A stretch of DNA of 25,169 nucleotides, taken from NCBI GenBank assembly GCA_040386535.1, contig JAZKFH010000069.1, positions 1-25,169 of the forward strand, read 5' to 3'. How positions within the stretch are numbered: position 1 is the first letter of the stretch; every line of letters begins with the position of its first letter. Below, in pieces: positions 15,242 to 23,313 of this stretch. Under the pieces are notes generated by a model that saw nothing but the letters and a program-made list of their open reading frames with translations, was not told the origin of the DNA and searched no databases. This DNA comes from Myxococcota bacterium (GTDB lineage Bacteria; Myxococcota_A; UBA796; SXON01). Position numbers and translations under genes: made by a program.

Positions 15242-16002
15242 CAGAAGCTCCCTTCGGGGCGGGTGGACGGAGATGTGATCCCGACGTCGCGGCAGGCGCG
15301 CGCGTGGATCGCGTCGGAGCGTGCCTGATCGCCGCTGTTGAGGCGGCGCAGGTAGATGGCGTCGGCGTCGAACGGGGGCCAGTCCGCCGTGAGGTTCCAG
15401 CGCCGCCCCTTCGCGGAGACCGCGTCGAGCTGCGCGCCCCAGTGCCGGACGAAGTCCTTCACCTCGTGGCGGTTCTCGTCCTGCACCACGATCGCGAGGT
15501 GGGCCACCGGGCGCTCGGCCCCGAGCGCGGCGCGGATCGTCAGGAATCGCTCGATGTTGCGGTACACCAGCGCGCGTTTGTCGGCGCCCTTGACCACCGC
15601 ATAGGCCTCGGGGCTGAACGCGTCGATCGAGAAGTGGATGGCGGTGAACGTGTCGGGCGCAAGGCCCGGGGTGCGGGCGAGGCGGATCAGCCGCGCGGCC
15701 CGCTCCGGCGAGAGGATCACCGCGTTGGTGTGGATCTTGAAGGTGCGGAACAGGGCGTTGCCGCCATTCACGGCGAACGCGTACTCGACGAACGCGTCGA
15801 ACCGCGGGTGGAGCGTCGGCTCGCCGAGCCAGTGGGGGCACAGGGCCACGTCGTCCAGGCCCCGCAAGCCTTGGAGCGACCGGCGCCAGGTGTCGAACGA
15901 CATGAACCGCTTGGGGCCGCCGTGCGCGTCGTCCCGCATCGACTGGCTGCACATCTTGCACCTGATGTTGCAGTGGTCGGTCAGCTCCAGGTTCACGTTC
16001 AT
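15241..16002 (-). CDS. Radical SAM protein lacking a SPASM/Twitch domain
   Basis: ATG at 16002 in an ATGA overlap; CNIRCKMC, WLGEPTLHP, IHTNA and FSIDA motifs; no C-terminal Cys cluster; 253 aa. Confidence 0.9.
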   Translation of the reverse strand: MNVNLELTDHCNIRCKMCSQSMRDDAHGGPKRFMSFDTWRRSLQGLRGLDDVALCPHWLGEPTLHPRFDAFVEYAFAVNGGNALFRTFKIHTNAVILSPERAARLIRLARTPGLAPDTFTAIHFSIDAFSPEAYAVVKGADKRALVYRNIERFLTIRAALGAERPVAHLAIVVQDENRHEVKDFVRHWGAQLDAVSAKGRRWNLTADWPPFDADAIYLRRLNSGDQARSDAIHARACRDVGITSPSTRPEGSF

Positions 16003-17096
16003 GCCGACGCCGCCACGATCCCGGGGAGCCGCGCCCGGATCGCGCGCTCGTGCACCAGGATGTTCTCGGAGCACTCGGTGCAGCGCCCGGTGGGCTGGCC
16101 CCGACGCATGCCCGCGCGGACGGAGAGCAAGGTGGGATCGGCCTCCCAGAGCGTCGCGAGCGGCGTGTCCGCCACCGAGCCGCCCGTGCCGGCGAGCACG
16201 CAGCAGGGAGACGTGCGGCCGTCCGCCTGCACCACGAGGTAGTGCCACGCTTTGAGGCATGGGGCGGCGGCCAGGCCCTCGGGTACCGATGACGTCGAGG
16301 CCGCCGCCGCGGCAGGGACGCGGGCACCCCGCCGCACGGTGTCCGCGGAGCGGAAGTTGTCGAGGGTGGTGACGATCCCCAGGCGATCGGCCTCGGCGAG
16401 CGCCTCCTCCACGCGGGCGGACAGGCGCGCCAGCTCCGCGGGGCCGAGCACCAGCGCCTCCTGCTCGGGACGGTAGGCTACCAGCGCGTCGACATCGACC
16501 CGGTAGCAGCCCAGCGCCGCGGCGAGCCGCACGACACCCGCGAGCTCATCCACGTTGCGGTTGGTGAGGACGAAGTGGATCCCCAGGCGCGGGAGCGCGG
16601 CGCCGGCGGAGTCGCGCAGGCGGCGCAGGCGGCACAAGGCGGACACGCTCTTGCGGAAGGCGCCGACGCGGCCACGCAGCGCGTCGTGGGTGGCGGCCTC
16701 GGCGCCGTCGATCGACACGTGCACCTCGTCCCACCCCAGCGCGACGAGGTCATCGATCACGGTGTCGAGCCGCGTGCCGTTGGTGGTCAGGAAACCCTCC
16801 ATCCCGTGCGCCTTGACGCGCTCGAGCAGGAGCGGCGTGGCCGCGGACAGCAGGGGCTCGCCCCCGCCGAGGATCGCCACGCGCCGGACGCCGAGCGCCG
16901 CCGCCTCGTCCACGATCGCGAGCTGGCGGGCCACGGAGAGCTCGTTCACCGCGGGGCGGTGGCGGTCGGTGGTGTCGCAGAACGTGCACGCGAGGTTGCA
17001 GCGGAGGGTGGGGTAGAGCTCCAGCGTCCACGGGCCGGGCGTACCGCCCCTGTCACGCGCCTGGATTCGCGCCGCGATGGCGTCGAGCTCGTCCAT
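15999..17096 (-). CDS. Radical SAM protein with Twitch/SPASM domain
   Basis: CNLACTFC, GGGEPLL, TTNGT, VSIDG..HDALRG; C-terminal CLKAW..DGRTSPCC..LW..CTEC. Start ATG 17096. Confidence 0.92.
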   Translation of the reverse strand: MDELDAIAARIQARDRGGTPGPWTLELYPTLRCNLACTFCDTTDRHRPAVNELSVARQLAIVDEAAALGVRRVAILGGGEPLLSAATPLLLERVKAHGMEGFLTTNGTRLDTVIDDLVALGWDEVHVSIDGAEAATHDALRGRVGAFRKSVSALCRLRRLRDSAGAALPRLGIHFVLTNRNVDELAGVVRLAAALGCYRVDVDALVAYRPEQEALVLGPAELARLSARVEEALAEADRLGIVTTLDNFRSADTVRRGARVPAAAAASTSSVPEGLAAAPCLKAWHYLVVQADGRTSPCCVLAGTGGSVADTPLATLWEADPTLLSVRAGMRRGQPTGRCTECSENILVHERAIRARLPGIVAASA

Positions 17097-17154
17097 CCTC
17101 CCACCGTACCACCTGCCGCCCCACCTGAGCCCGGTTTGGCGGTAGCATCCCGCC
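17097..17154. promoter_or_regulatory. Divergent promoter region with -10-like hexamers TACGGT (minus, 17103-17108) and TAGCAT (plus, 17143-17148)
   Basis: Each TAnnnT hexamer lies exactly 6 nt before an ATG; the minus one has a TGn extension. Confidence 0.5.
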
Positions 17155-17613
17155 ATGCGCTCCCTCCTGCCCGCCTTTTCGCTCGTCGCCGCCCTCGCCC
17201 CGTGCCTCTCCGGCTGCACCGGCGACGGCACCACCGACGCGGACGACACCTCCGGCGCCCCCGAGTTCTGCGCGACGCTCAACGACGGGGGCCTGACCGA
17301 GTCCGTGGCCGAGGGCGGAAACGGCACGAGCGGCCTCCTCAGCCTAAGGGTGCTCACGGACGAGTCCGAGGATCCCCGGGACGCGCTCTACGTGGCATTC
17401 AAGGAGTACACGCTGGAGAACGTCGACTCCGGCGGCGTAAAGACCCTCGGCAAGACCACCGGCGACGGCCTCGTGACCGAGCTCCTCGGCGCCGGCAACT
17501 GGGGTTTCAGCGCCGCCTACACCCGCGGGAGCCTCACGTGCATCGCGCAGATCGTCGCGTTGGTGGAGCCGAACACCACCACGTACGGGTGCCCGGTGAT
17601 GGACTGCCCGTAG
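17155..17613 (+). CDS. Hypothetical lipoprotein (beta-rich, Cys-containing)
   Basis: Signal peptide ending CLSGC, acidic linker, TTGDG..LGAGNW pattern, C-terminal GCPVMDCP. Confidence 0.82.
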   Translation: MRSLLPAFSLVAALAPCLSGCTGDGTTDADDTSGAPEFCATLNDGGLTESVAEGGNGTSGLLSLRVLTDESEDPRDALYVAFKEYTLENVDSGGVKTLGKTTGDGLVTELLGAGNWGFSAAYTRGSLTCIAQIVALVEPNTTTYGCPVMDCP

Positions 17614-17702
17614 ACGGGTGAAGCTCGTGGAAGCGAGGTTCGCCGATCCGTTCGAATGCTCGGGCAGGGGTGCGCGTCGTACTGCCAGACAACGGAGCAG
17701 TC

Positions 17703-18461
17703 ATGCGCACCCCCCTCCTCGCCCTCCTCGCAGCCCTCCTCCTCGCCCCCTCGGTGGCCTCCGCGGGCCACGGGCACCGCAGCAGCGCCGTGTACGTCAG
17801 CGCCCCGTCCGTCCGCGTCGTCATCGACCCCTGGGGCCCCTCCTACACCCCCTCGTACCGCTCGGGGTACAACTGGGTGCCCGGCTACTGGAGCCGCTAC
17901 GGCGAATGGCAGCCCGGCCACTGGGTGCCCGCGGTGTCGCGCGCCGGCTACTCCTGGGAGCCCGGCTACTGGACCGGCCGCACCTACGTCGACGGCTACT
18001 GGCGCCCCATGGCGCGCTCCGGGTACGCCTGGCGCGGCGGCTACTACTCCCGCGGCGTCTGGGTCCGCGGGGACTGGGGCCACGCCAGCCACTCGGCGCA
18101 CGCCAGCCACACCAGCTACTCGGGGCGCTCCAGCTACTCGGGGCACTCCAGCCACTCGGGGCACTCCAGCCACTCGGACCGGGACGACCGCTCCGACCGC
18201 GACGGCCGCTCCGACCGCGACGACGACCGCGGCAGCCACTCCGATGGCCGCTCCGATCGGGACGACGACCGCGGCGGCCGCTCCGAGGGGCGCTCCGAGG
18301 GGAGCTCCGACGGCCGCTCCTCCGAGGGCCGCTCCTCCGAGGGCCGCTCCTCCGAGGGGAGCTCCGACCGCGGCGAGCGGTCCGAGAGCCGCGGCGACCG
18401 CGGCGAGAGCAGCGGCGGCTCGCGCGCCGAGGGCAGCAGCAGCCGCAGCCGCGGCCGCTGA
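17703..18461 (+). CDS. Secreted WXXGXW (YXWGXW) repeat protein with S/H- and S/D/R/G/E-rich low-complexity tail
   Basis: GGAG then ATG 17703; signal peptide ending ASA; six repeats WVPGYW, WQPGHW, WEPGYW, YVDGYW, WRGGYY, WVRGDW; then SSHSGH, RSDRDD and SSEGR repeats. Confidence 0.88.
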   Translation: MRTPLLALLAALLLAPSVASAGHGHRSSAVYVSAPSVRVVIDPWGPSYTPSYRSGYNWVPGYWSRYGEWQPGHWVPAVSRAGYSWEPGYWTGRTYVDGYWRPMARSGYAWRGGYYSRGVWVRGDWGHASHSAHASHTSYSGRSSYSGHSSHSGHSSHSDRDDRSDRDGRSDRDDDRGSHSDGRSDRDDDRGGRSEGRSEGSSDGRSSEGRSSEGRSSEGSSDRGERSESRGDRGESSGGSRAEGSSSRSRGR

Positions 18462-18478
18462 CCACCCGGTAGCGTAGC

Positions 18479-18508
18479 GGGCGCCCCCGGCAACGTAGGG
18501 GGGCGCCC
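18479..18508. terminator. GC-rich stem-loop after the WXXGXW gene (possible terminator or RNA stabiliser)
   Basis: GGGCGCCCCC (18479-18488) pairs with GGGGGCGCCC (18499-18508) around a 10-nt loop; no U-tract. Confidence 0.4.
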
Positions 18509-18559
18509 CCGCGAGCGCCGCGCCCCCGTCCGACCGCATGCCCCGGCCCTCGCTGGGGT

Positions 18560-19660
18560 ATGCTCGTTTTTGTGCGCACCCCCGTCGCGTCCCGCGCCCC
18601 GGTCAAGCTCCCAGGGCGCCTGAACGGCAGCTACCTGGTCCTCGAGACCACCAACACGTGCAGCCTCGCCTGCGTGCATTGTTCGGTGTCCGAGGCCGGC
18701 CATCCGCATCACACGCGCACTGGGTTCCTGCCGCTCCCCACCGCCGAGGCCGTGTTCGCCGACCTGCGCGCCGTCGGCGCCCGGTTCGACACCCTCATCC
18801 TGTTCTGGCTGGGCGAGCCGCTGGTGCACCCCGCCTTCGGCGCGATCTACCAGGCGGCGCTGCGCACGGCGTCCGCGGGGGTGTTCGGGAAGGTCGAGCT
18901 GCACACCAACGCGACCCACCTGACCGCGGAGAAGGTGCGCGTGGCGCTCAACCTCGCGCCCGTGCCGCAGGTGTGGCACCTGTCCCTCGACGCCGCCACG
19001 CGCCCCACCTACCGAGCGGTGAAGGGGGCCGATCGCTTCGACGTCGTCGAGGCGAACGTGCTCGCCTTCCTCGACGCGAAGGCCGCGCGGGGCGCCCGCT
19101 GGCCGCGGCCGGTGTTCCAATTCATCGTGTCGGAGAACAACGCGGGCGAGGTCGCGGCGTTCCGGGCGCGCTGGGAGGGGGCGTGCCGCGCGCGGGGGCT
19201 CCCGGTGCGCACGGCGGCGCAGCTGGTGCCGCCCGGCGAGGACGCGGTGGTGTTCTTCCGCCAGCTCGATTGCCCGACCCCCGCGGAGCAGGCCCGCCAG
19301 AACGTGGTGTTCCGCGACACGATGGCGGCCCAGCGCCTGGCCCTGCCGCGCGAGGACCGTTCTCCCACCGCGCTCTCGGACAAGAACGTGGCGGTGTGCT
19401 CCTGCTTCTGGAAGAGCCCCGTCATCGGGTGGGACGGCACGCTGACCACGTGCACGCGTGACAACCGCTTCGCCAACGCGCTCGGAAACGTGACAGACAC
19501 GCCCTTCTCCAGCTTGTGGTGGGGCCCCGACATGGCGGCGCGGCGGAGCCGCGTGGCCCGGGTCGACTACGCGGGGCTGCCCGTGTGCGCGACGTGTTTC
19601 ATCCCGCGCTCGTCCAACTCGACCGACATCACCCCCGCCGAGATCGAGGCCCAAGGATGA
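18560..19660 (+). CDS. Radical SAM protein with Twitch/SPASM domain
   Basis: CSLACVHC, FWLGEPLVHP, LHTNA, LSLDA; C-terminal CSCFW..WDGTLTTC..LGNV..LW..CATC. The start may be GTG 18572. Confidence 0.92.
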   Translation: MLVFVRTPVASRAPVKLPGRLNGSYLVLETTNTCSLACVHCSVSEAGHPHHTRTGFLPLPTAEAVFADLRAVGARFDTLILFWLGEPLVHPAFGAIYQAALRTASAGVFGKVELHTNATHLTAEKVRVALNLAPVPQVWHLSLDAATRPTYRAVKGADRFDVVEANVLAFLDAKAARGARWPRPVFQFIVSENNAGEVAAFRARWEGACRARGLPVRTAAQLVPPGEDAVVFFRQLDCPTPAEQARQNVVFRDTMAAQRLALPREDRSPTALSDKNVAVCSCFWKSPVIGWDGTLTTCTRDNRFANALGNVTDTPFSSLWWGPDMAARRSRVARVDYAGLPVCATCFIPRSSNSTDITPAEIEAQG

Positions 19661-20658
19661 GCCGTATCCACACCGCGGTCACGACGATCCTCGGGCAGGC
19701 GCGCCTGCGCCCGGCGCTCGAAAAGCCTGTCCAGGTGCACCTCTCCGTCACCGACCGCTGCTTCCTCCCGTGCCTGCACTGCGACATCTGGAAGAACGAG
19801 ACCCCCGACCTGCCCGAGCAGGTGTGGGCCGACACCATCGACAACCTCGCGAAGTGGCTCGGCCCCGCGGCGATGAACTTCGTCGGCGGTGAGCCGCTGC
19901 TGCGCAAGGATCTGGAGCGCCTGATGGCGCGGGCCACGCGGCTCGGCTTCACTGTCACGTTCAACACGAACGGCTGGTTGTTGACAGAAAAACGGGCGCA
20001 CGCGCTGGCGGACGCCGGCGTGAGCATCGCGTACGTGTCCATCGACGGCGCCACCGCCGCCACGGTCGACCATTCCCGCGGCCGCGCCGGCTCGTGGAAG
20101 AAGGCGGTCGATGCCTGTGATCTGCTCGACAAGGTGCCCAACCCGCGCGTGGTCGTCACCTGTGTGCTCTCTGGCCACAACGCCCACGAGATCCCCGCCC
20201 TGCTCCGGTGGGTCAAGGACCGCGGCTACCAACTGGTGGTGCAGCCGCTGTACCAGAACTTCGGCGCCAACGCCCACGATCCGGGCTGGTGGCGCCGCTC
20301 GCCCCTGTGGCCCACGGATCTTGGCGCCATCGACCACGCCATCGACGTGCTGGTCGACGAGCGTCGCAACGAGTGCCAGGTGTGCAACCCCGTCGAGCAG
20401 CTCGAAGCGTTCAAGGGTTACTTCCGCGACCCCTCCGTCTACAACGGCGAGGTGTGCAAGGCCGGGCACTCCGACATCGCGTTCGATCCGACGGGAAACG
20501 TGCGCTTGTGCTATTTCCTCGAGCCGATCGGCAACGTGGCGGACGGCGCATCCCTGCCCCAGCTATGGAACGCGGTGACGACGATGCGACGGCGGCACGA
20601 GGTGCACACGTGCACGCGGTCGTGCAACTTGTTGAATTGCAATTTCGAGCGGAGATGA
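19657..20658 (+). CDS. Radical SAM protein with Twitch/SPASM domain
   Basis: ATGA overlap at 19657-19660; CFLPCLHC, GGEPLL, NTNGW, VSIDG; C-terminal CKAG..GNVRLC..IGNV..LW..CTRSCNLLNC. Confidence 0.92.
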   Translation: MSRIHTAVTTILGQARLRPALEKPVQVHLSVTDRCFLPCLHCDIWKNETPDLPEQVWADTIDNLAKWLGPAAMNFVGGEPLLRKDLERLMARATRLGFTVTFNTNGWLLTEKRAHALADAGVSIAYVSIDGATAATVDHSRGRAGSWKKAVDACDLLDKVPNPRVVVTCVLSGHNAHEIPALLRWVKDRGYQLVVQPLYQNFGANAHDPGWWRRSPLWPTDLGAIDHAIDVLVDERRNECQVCNPVEQLEAFKGYFRDPSVYNGEVCKAGHSDIAFDPTGNVRLCYFLEPIGNVADGASLPQLWNAVTTMRRRHEVHTCTRSCNLLNCNFERR

Positions 20659-20685
20659 GGGCGAGCGTCGGTAGGGCGGCAACCC

Positions 20686-21819
20686 TCACTTCACGAACAG
20701 CGCGTCCTGCGACGAGAACGGTGCCCGCTCGCCCTGCTCGTAGACGTCGACGATCGCGGTGCCAGGAAAATGCCCCGGCGGCGCGACGTAGCGTGCGCGG
20801 GTGGGCCAGCCGTCTCCCACGAGGCGCCGTGCGGTGAGGCGGGCGAGGAGTTGGTGGCCGAGCGCGGAGGGGTGCATCGCGTCGACGAACAGCTCCTGGG
20901 GATCCGCGAGGTTGGCCGCGGTGTAGACGAGCTGCGCGTCGAGGAGCGGCGCGCCGTGGAAGAGCGCCACTTCGCGCTGCGCGGCGAGGTACGGCTCCCA
21001 TGACACGCGCGTGCGGTCACCCTTGACGCGCTCCAGGTTCGTGAGCGTGAGGAACAACACGCCGATGTCGCGCGCGGTCGCGTCGTTGACCATCGCGTCG
21101 AGGTTCTCCACGTAGCGGGGCAGCGACACGCGGCGGCCCGCCTCGGTGGCCACCTGGTGGGCCTGTGTCCACGTCACGATGCGCGCGCCACGGCCCCCCT
21201 GGAGCACGTCCACCCACGAGGCGAGCAGGCGGTAGAGCGCGGAGCGGGCCAACGGGTTCGCGAACGTGTGTTGGGTGTGGAGCAGGTCCGCGTCACGGAA
21301 CGAGTCGAAGTTGTTGTCGCTCCACACGCTCGCGATGACGAGCAGGTCGGGCTGGAGCGCCCACCCGTCCTCCTCGAGGAAGATGCGCGTCTGCTCGGTG
21401 GAGTAGCCGGGCGTGCCCCCGTTGAGCACCTCGACGCGCCGGCCCAAACCGAGCAGGATTTGCTCCAGTTGGGCGGGGTACGTCTGGTCGTCCGCCACCC
21501 CGTGGCCGAACAACGAGCTGTCCCCCACGACCAACACCCGCGGCACCCCCGCCGGCTTGGGATCGCCCGGGAGCGGGCCCCGGAGCCCGAGCGCGTTGAT
21601 GGTGGAGGTGAAGCCCGCGCTCCGCTTCACGCCGGGCGCGGTGTACCAGAGCCGCGTCGGGTGCGGATTGAGCAACACCGTGTCCGAGCCCGCCGTGGGG
21701 GCCTCCAGCGCGGGGATCTGCAGGCCGACGGTGCGCGCGAGGGCCTCGAGCGCGCCGAGGGCCAGGAGCAGGACCAGGGCGGCGGCGGCGAGCTTGAAGC
21801 GGAGCGTGCGTGCAGGCAT
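20686..21819 (-). CDS. Membrane-anchored SGNH/GDSL hydrolase family protein
   Basis: N-terminal TM helix, INALGLRG, VGDSSLFG (block I), NGGTPGYS (block II), DAMHP (block V). Confidence 0.92.
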   Translation of the reverse strand: MPARTLRFKLAAAALVLLLALGALEALARTVGLQIPALEAPTAGSDTVLLNPHPTRLWYTAPGVKRSAGFTSTINALGLRGPLPGDPKPAGVPRVLVVGDSSLFGHGVADDQTYPAQLEQILLGLGRRVEVLNGGTPGYSTEQTRIFLEEDGWALQPDLLVIASVWSDNNFDSFRDADLLHTQHTFANPLARSALYRLLASWVDVLQGGRGARIVTWTQAHQVATEAGRRVSLPRYVENLDAMVNDATARDIGVLFLTLTNLERVKGDRTRVSWEPYLAAQREVALFHGAPLLDAQLVYTAANLADPQELFVDAMHPSALGHQLLARLTARRLVGDGWPTRARYVAPPGHFPGTAIVDVYEQGERAPFSSQDALFVK

Positions 21820-21903
21820 CGGGTGGGCGGACTATCGCGCCCCCCTCCCCCGGGTCGACATTGCCTCCGTTCGGGACTAATCGGCGCTCCTCCGGAGCTC
21901 CCC

Positions 21904-22566
21904 ATGTCCACCGCGTCCGTCCAGCCCGATCCCGCCCCCGCCGCCTCCGACGATGACGGAGGCGCCCGGCGCTTCGAGCTCCTGGCCGGGCTCACCCTGG
22001 CCGTGTTCGCCGCGGTGCTCGCCGTTGTCGACCTCGGCGGCGGCAAGTACGGTGACGACGAGATCATCGGCACCAACGAGAAGGCCTCGCTCTACCAGTG
22101 GTACCAGAGCAAGAGCATCAAGCAGGCGATCGTGGAGCAGCAGCAGGGCCTGCTCACAGCGCTGCTCGACGCCGGCGCGGTGGCCCCCGCCGGGATTGGC
22201 GCGGTCACGGCCCAGATCGCCGCCGCCGATGAGGAGGTCAAGCGCTACGACGCCGAGAAGAACGAGCTCCTGCGCGGCTCGGCCGCCGTGGGCGCGGCGG
22301 GCCAGGTGCTCGAGGTGGACGGCCAGAAGGGCCAGATCATCGGCACCGAGGCGTGGGAGGGCACCCTCGCCACGCTGGGCGCCGCCGGCGACAAGTTCGA
22401 CCTGTCGACGTTGTGGCTCCAGCTCTCCCTCGTGCTCGGCGCCGTGAGCCTCGTGCTGCAGGCCCAGCGGCTCAAGACCATCTTCTACGCCGCGATGGTG
22501 CTCGGGGGCGTGGTCGGCACGGTGTTCGGCGTGTTGGCGTTTCAGGTGGCGATGACGTTGGGGTGA
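21904..22566 (+). CDS. DUF4337-like membrane protein
   Basis: GGAG then ATG 21904; N-terminal TM (LAVFAAVLAV), WYQSKSIKQ motif, helical loop, two C-terminal TM helices. Confidence 0.75.
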   Translation: MSTASVQPDPAPAASDDDGGARRFELLAGLTLAVFAAVLAVVDLGGGKYGDDEIIGTNEKASLYQWYQSKSIKQAIVEQQQGLLTALLDAGAVAPAGIGAVTAQIAAADEEVKRYDAEKNELLRGSAAVGAAGQVLEVDGQKGQIIGTEAWEGTLATLGAAGDKFDLSTLWLQLSLVLGAVSLVLQAQRLKTIFYAAMVLGGVVGTVFGVLAFQVAMTLG

Positions 22567-22760
22567 GGGCCGCGGGCGCCCGCGGGCCGCGCCGAATCCG
22601 GCAATGGCGAGGGATTGGGGCCTTGCCGGCGGGGGTGGCAGCAACTCGGGGGGTGTGATGCACTTCGATCGGTTACCCGCCGAACGGCACGAAAGGCTAC
22701 CTGCTCGACAGGGGAGCGTCGGCGGTCGCGCGGTGGCCCCGTGAGTTCGGGCCCTCCCAC

Positions 22761-22910
22761 GCGCCGAACTCGAAGGATGGCGTCTCATCCGGCGAGTTCG
22801 GCGCGTCCAGCGCGCCGAACTCGGGGGATGGCGTCTCATCCGGCGAGTTCGGCGCGTCCAGAGCGCCGAACTCGGGGGATGGCGTCTCATCCGGCGAGTT
22901 CGGCGCGTCC
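22761..22910. repeat. Three tandem 51-bp palindromic (REP-like) repeats
   Basis: Units start at 22761, 22812 and 22863: GCGCCGAACTCG-RR-GGATG-GCGTCT-CATCC-GG-CGAGTTCGGCGC plus a near-constant 7-nt linker. Confidence 0.92.
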
Positions 22911-23197
22911 TGAACGGAGGCCTGTACGGAGGCCGGTACGGCAGGGGGCTCGATGGCCGCGAGGCGGGCCACACATTGGCAATTTCCCACCTCTTCGCAT
23001 GATTCAATTCTCCGAGCGGCCGATCGCCATCCTCCTTCGAGGTCACCCGAGTAGTGCTCGCCCACGTGGTTGGCGCCCGCCTGTGCGCGCAGAGTCCACC
23101 GACTGGAACCGATCACACCCGGTGGCAGGCCGGTTTGGGCGTCATACGGAGAGTTTGCCCGCGGGCTTCTCTCTCCGCCTCAGACCGGCCAACAGTA

Positions 23198-23216
23198 GGG
23201 ACCGTTCGCCCAAGCA
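23198..23216 (+). repeat. Left terminal inverted repeat of the IS
   Basis: Exact reverse complement of 25008-25026; imperfect similarity extends to about 45 bp. Confidence 0.93.
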
Positions 23217-23313
23217 CCTCCAGAGGCCCTGGATTTATTGACGCGTCAAGGGCTAAAAAGGGGGCGCTCCCACGACCGACGCTTGAACACCCGGCCGGGG
23301 AGCGCGGACCCCC

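Noticed and set aside
17654..17678. ECF-sigma-like promoter GAAT-N17-CGTC upstream of the WXXGXW gene
   Set aside because: Too short and degenerate to support from a single instance in GC-rich DNA.
15241..20658. Assigning the radical SAM genes as pqqE, moaA, nirJ/ahb, mftC or anSME
   Set aside because: No pathway partners are present, there is no MoaA C-terminal GG, and no full 7-8-Cys SPASM pattern was seen; no gene symbol is supportable.
22761..22910. Possible mini CRISPR array
   Set aside because: The linkers are only 7 nt and nearly identical, there are no unique spacers, and no cas genes are in the window.
22567..23197. ORFs across the intergenic block (22615-23241, 22697-23116, 21877-23046)
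   Set aside because: Open only because the 51-bp repeat is a multiple of three and the DNA is GC-rich; no recognisable protein features or convincing starts.
23189..23200. 12-bp target duplication CCAACAGTAGGG
   Set aside because: The extra matching bases belong to the GGG/CCC tips of the inverted repeats; the 8-bp CAACAGTA is the reading consistent with symmetric ends.
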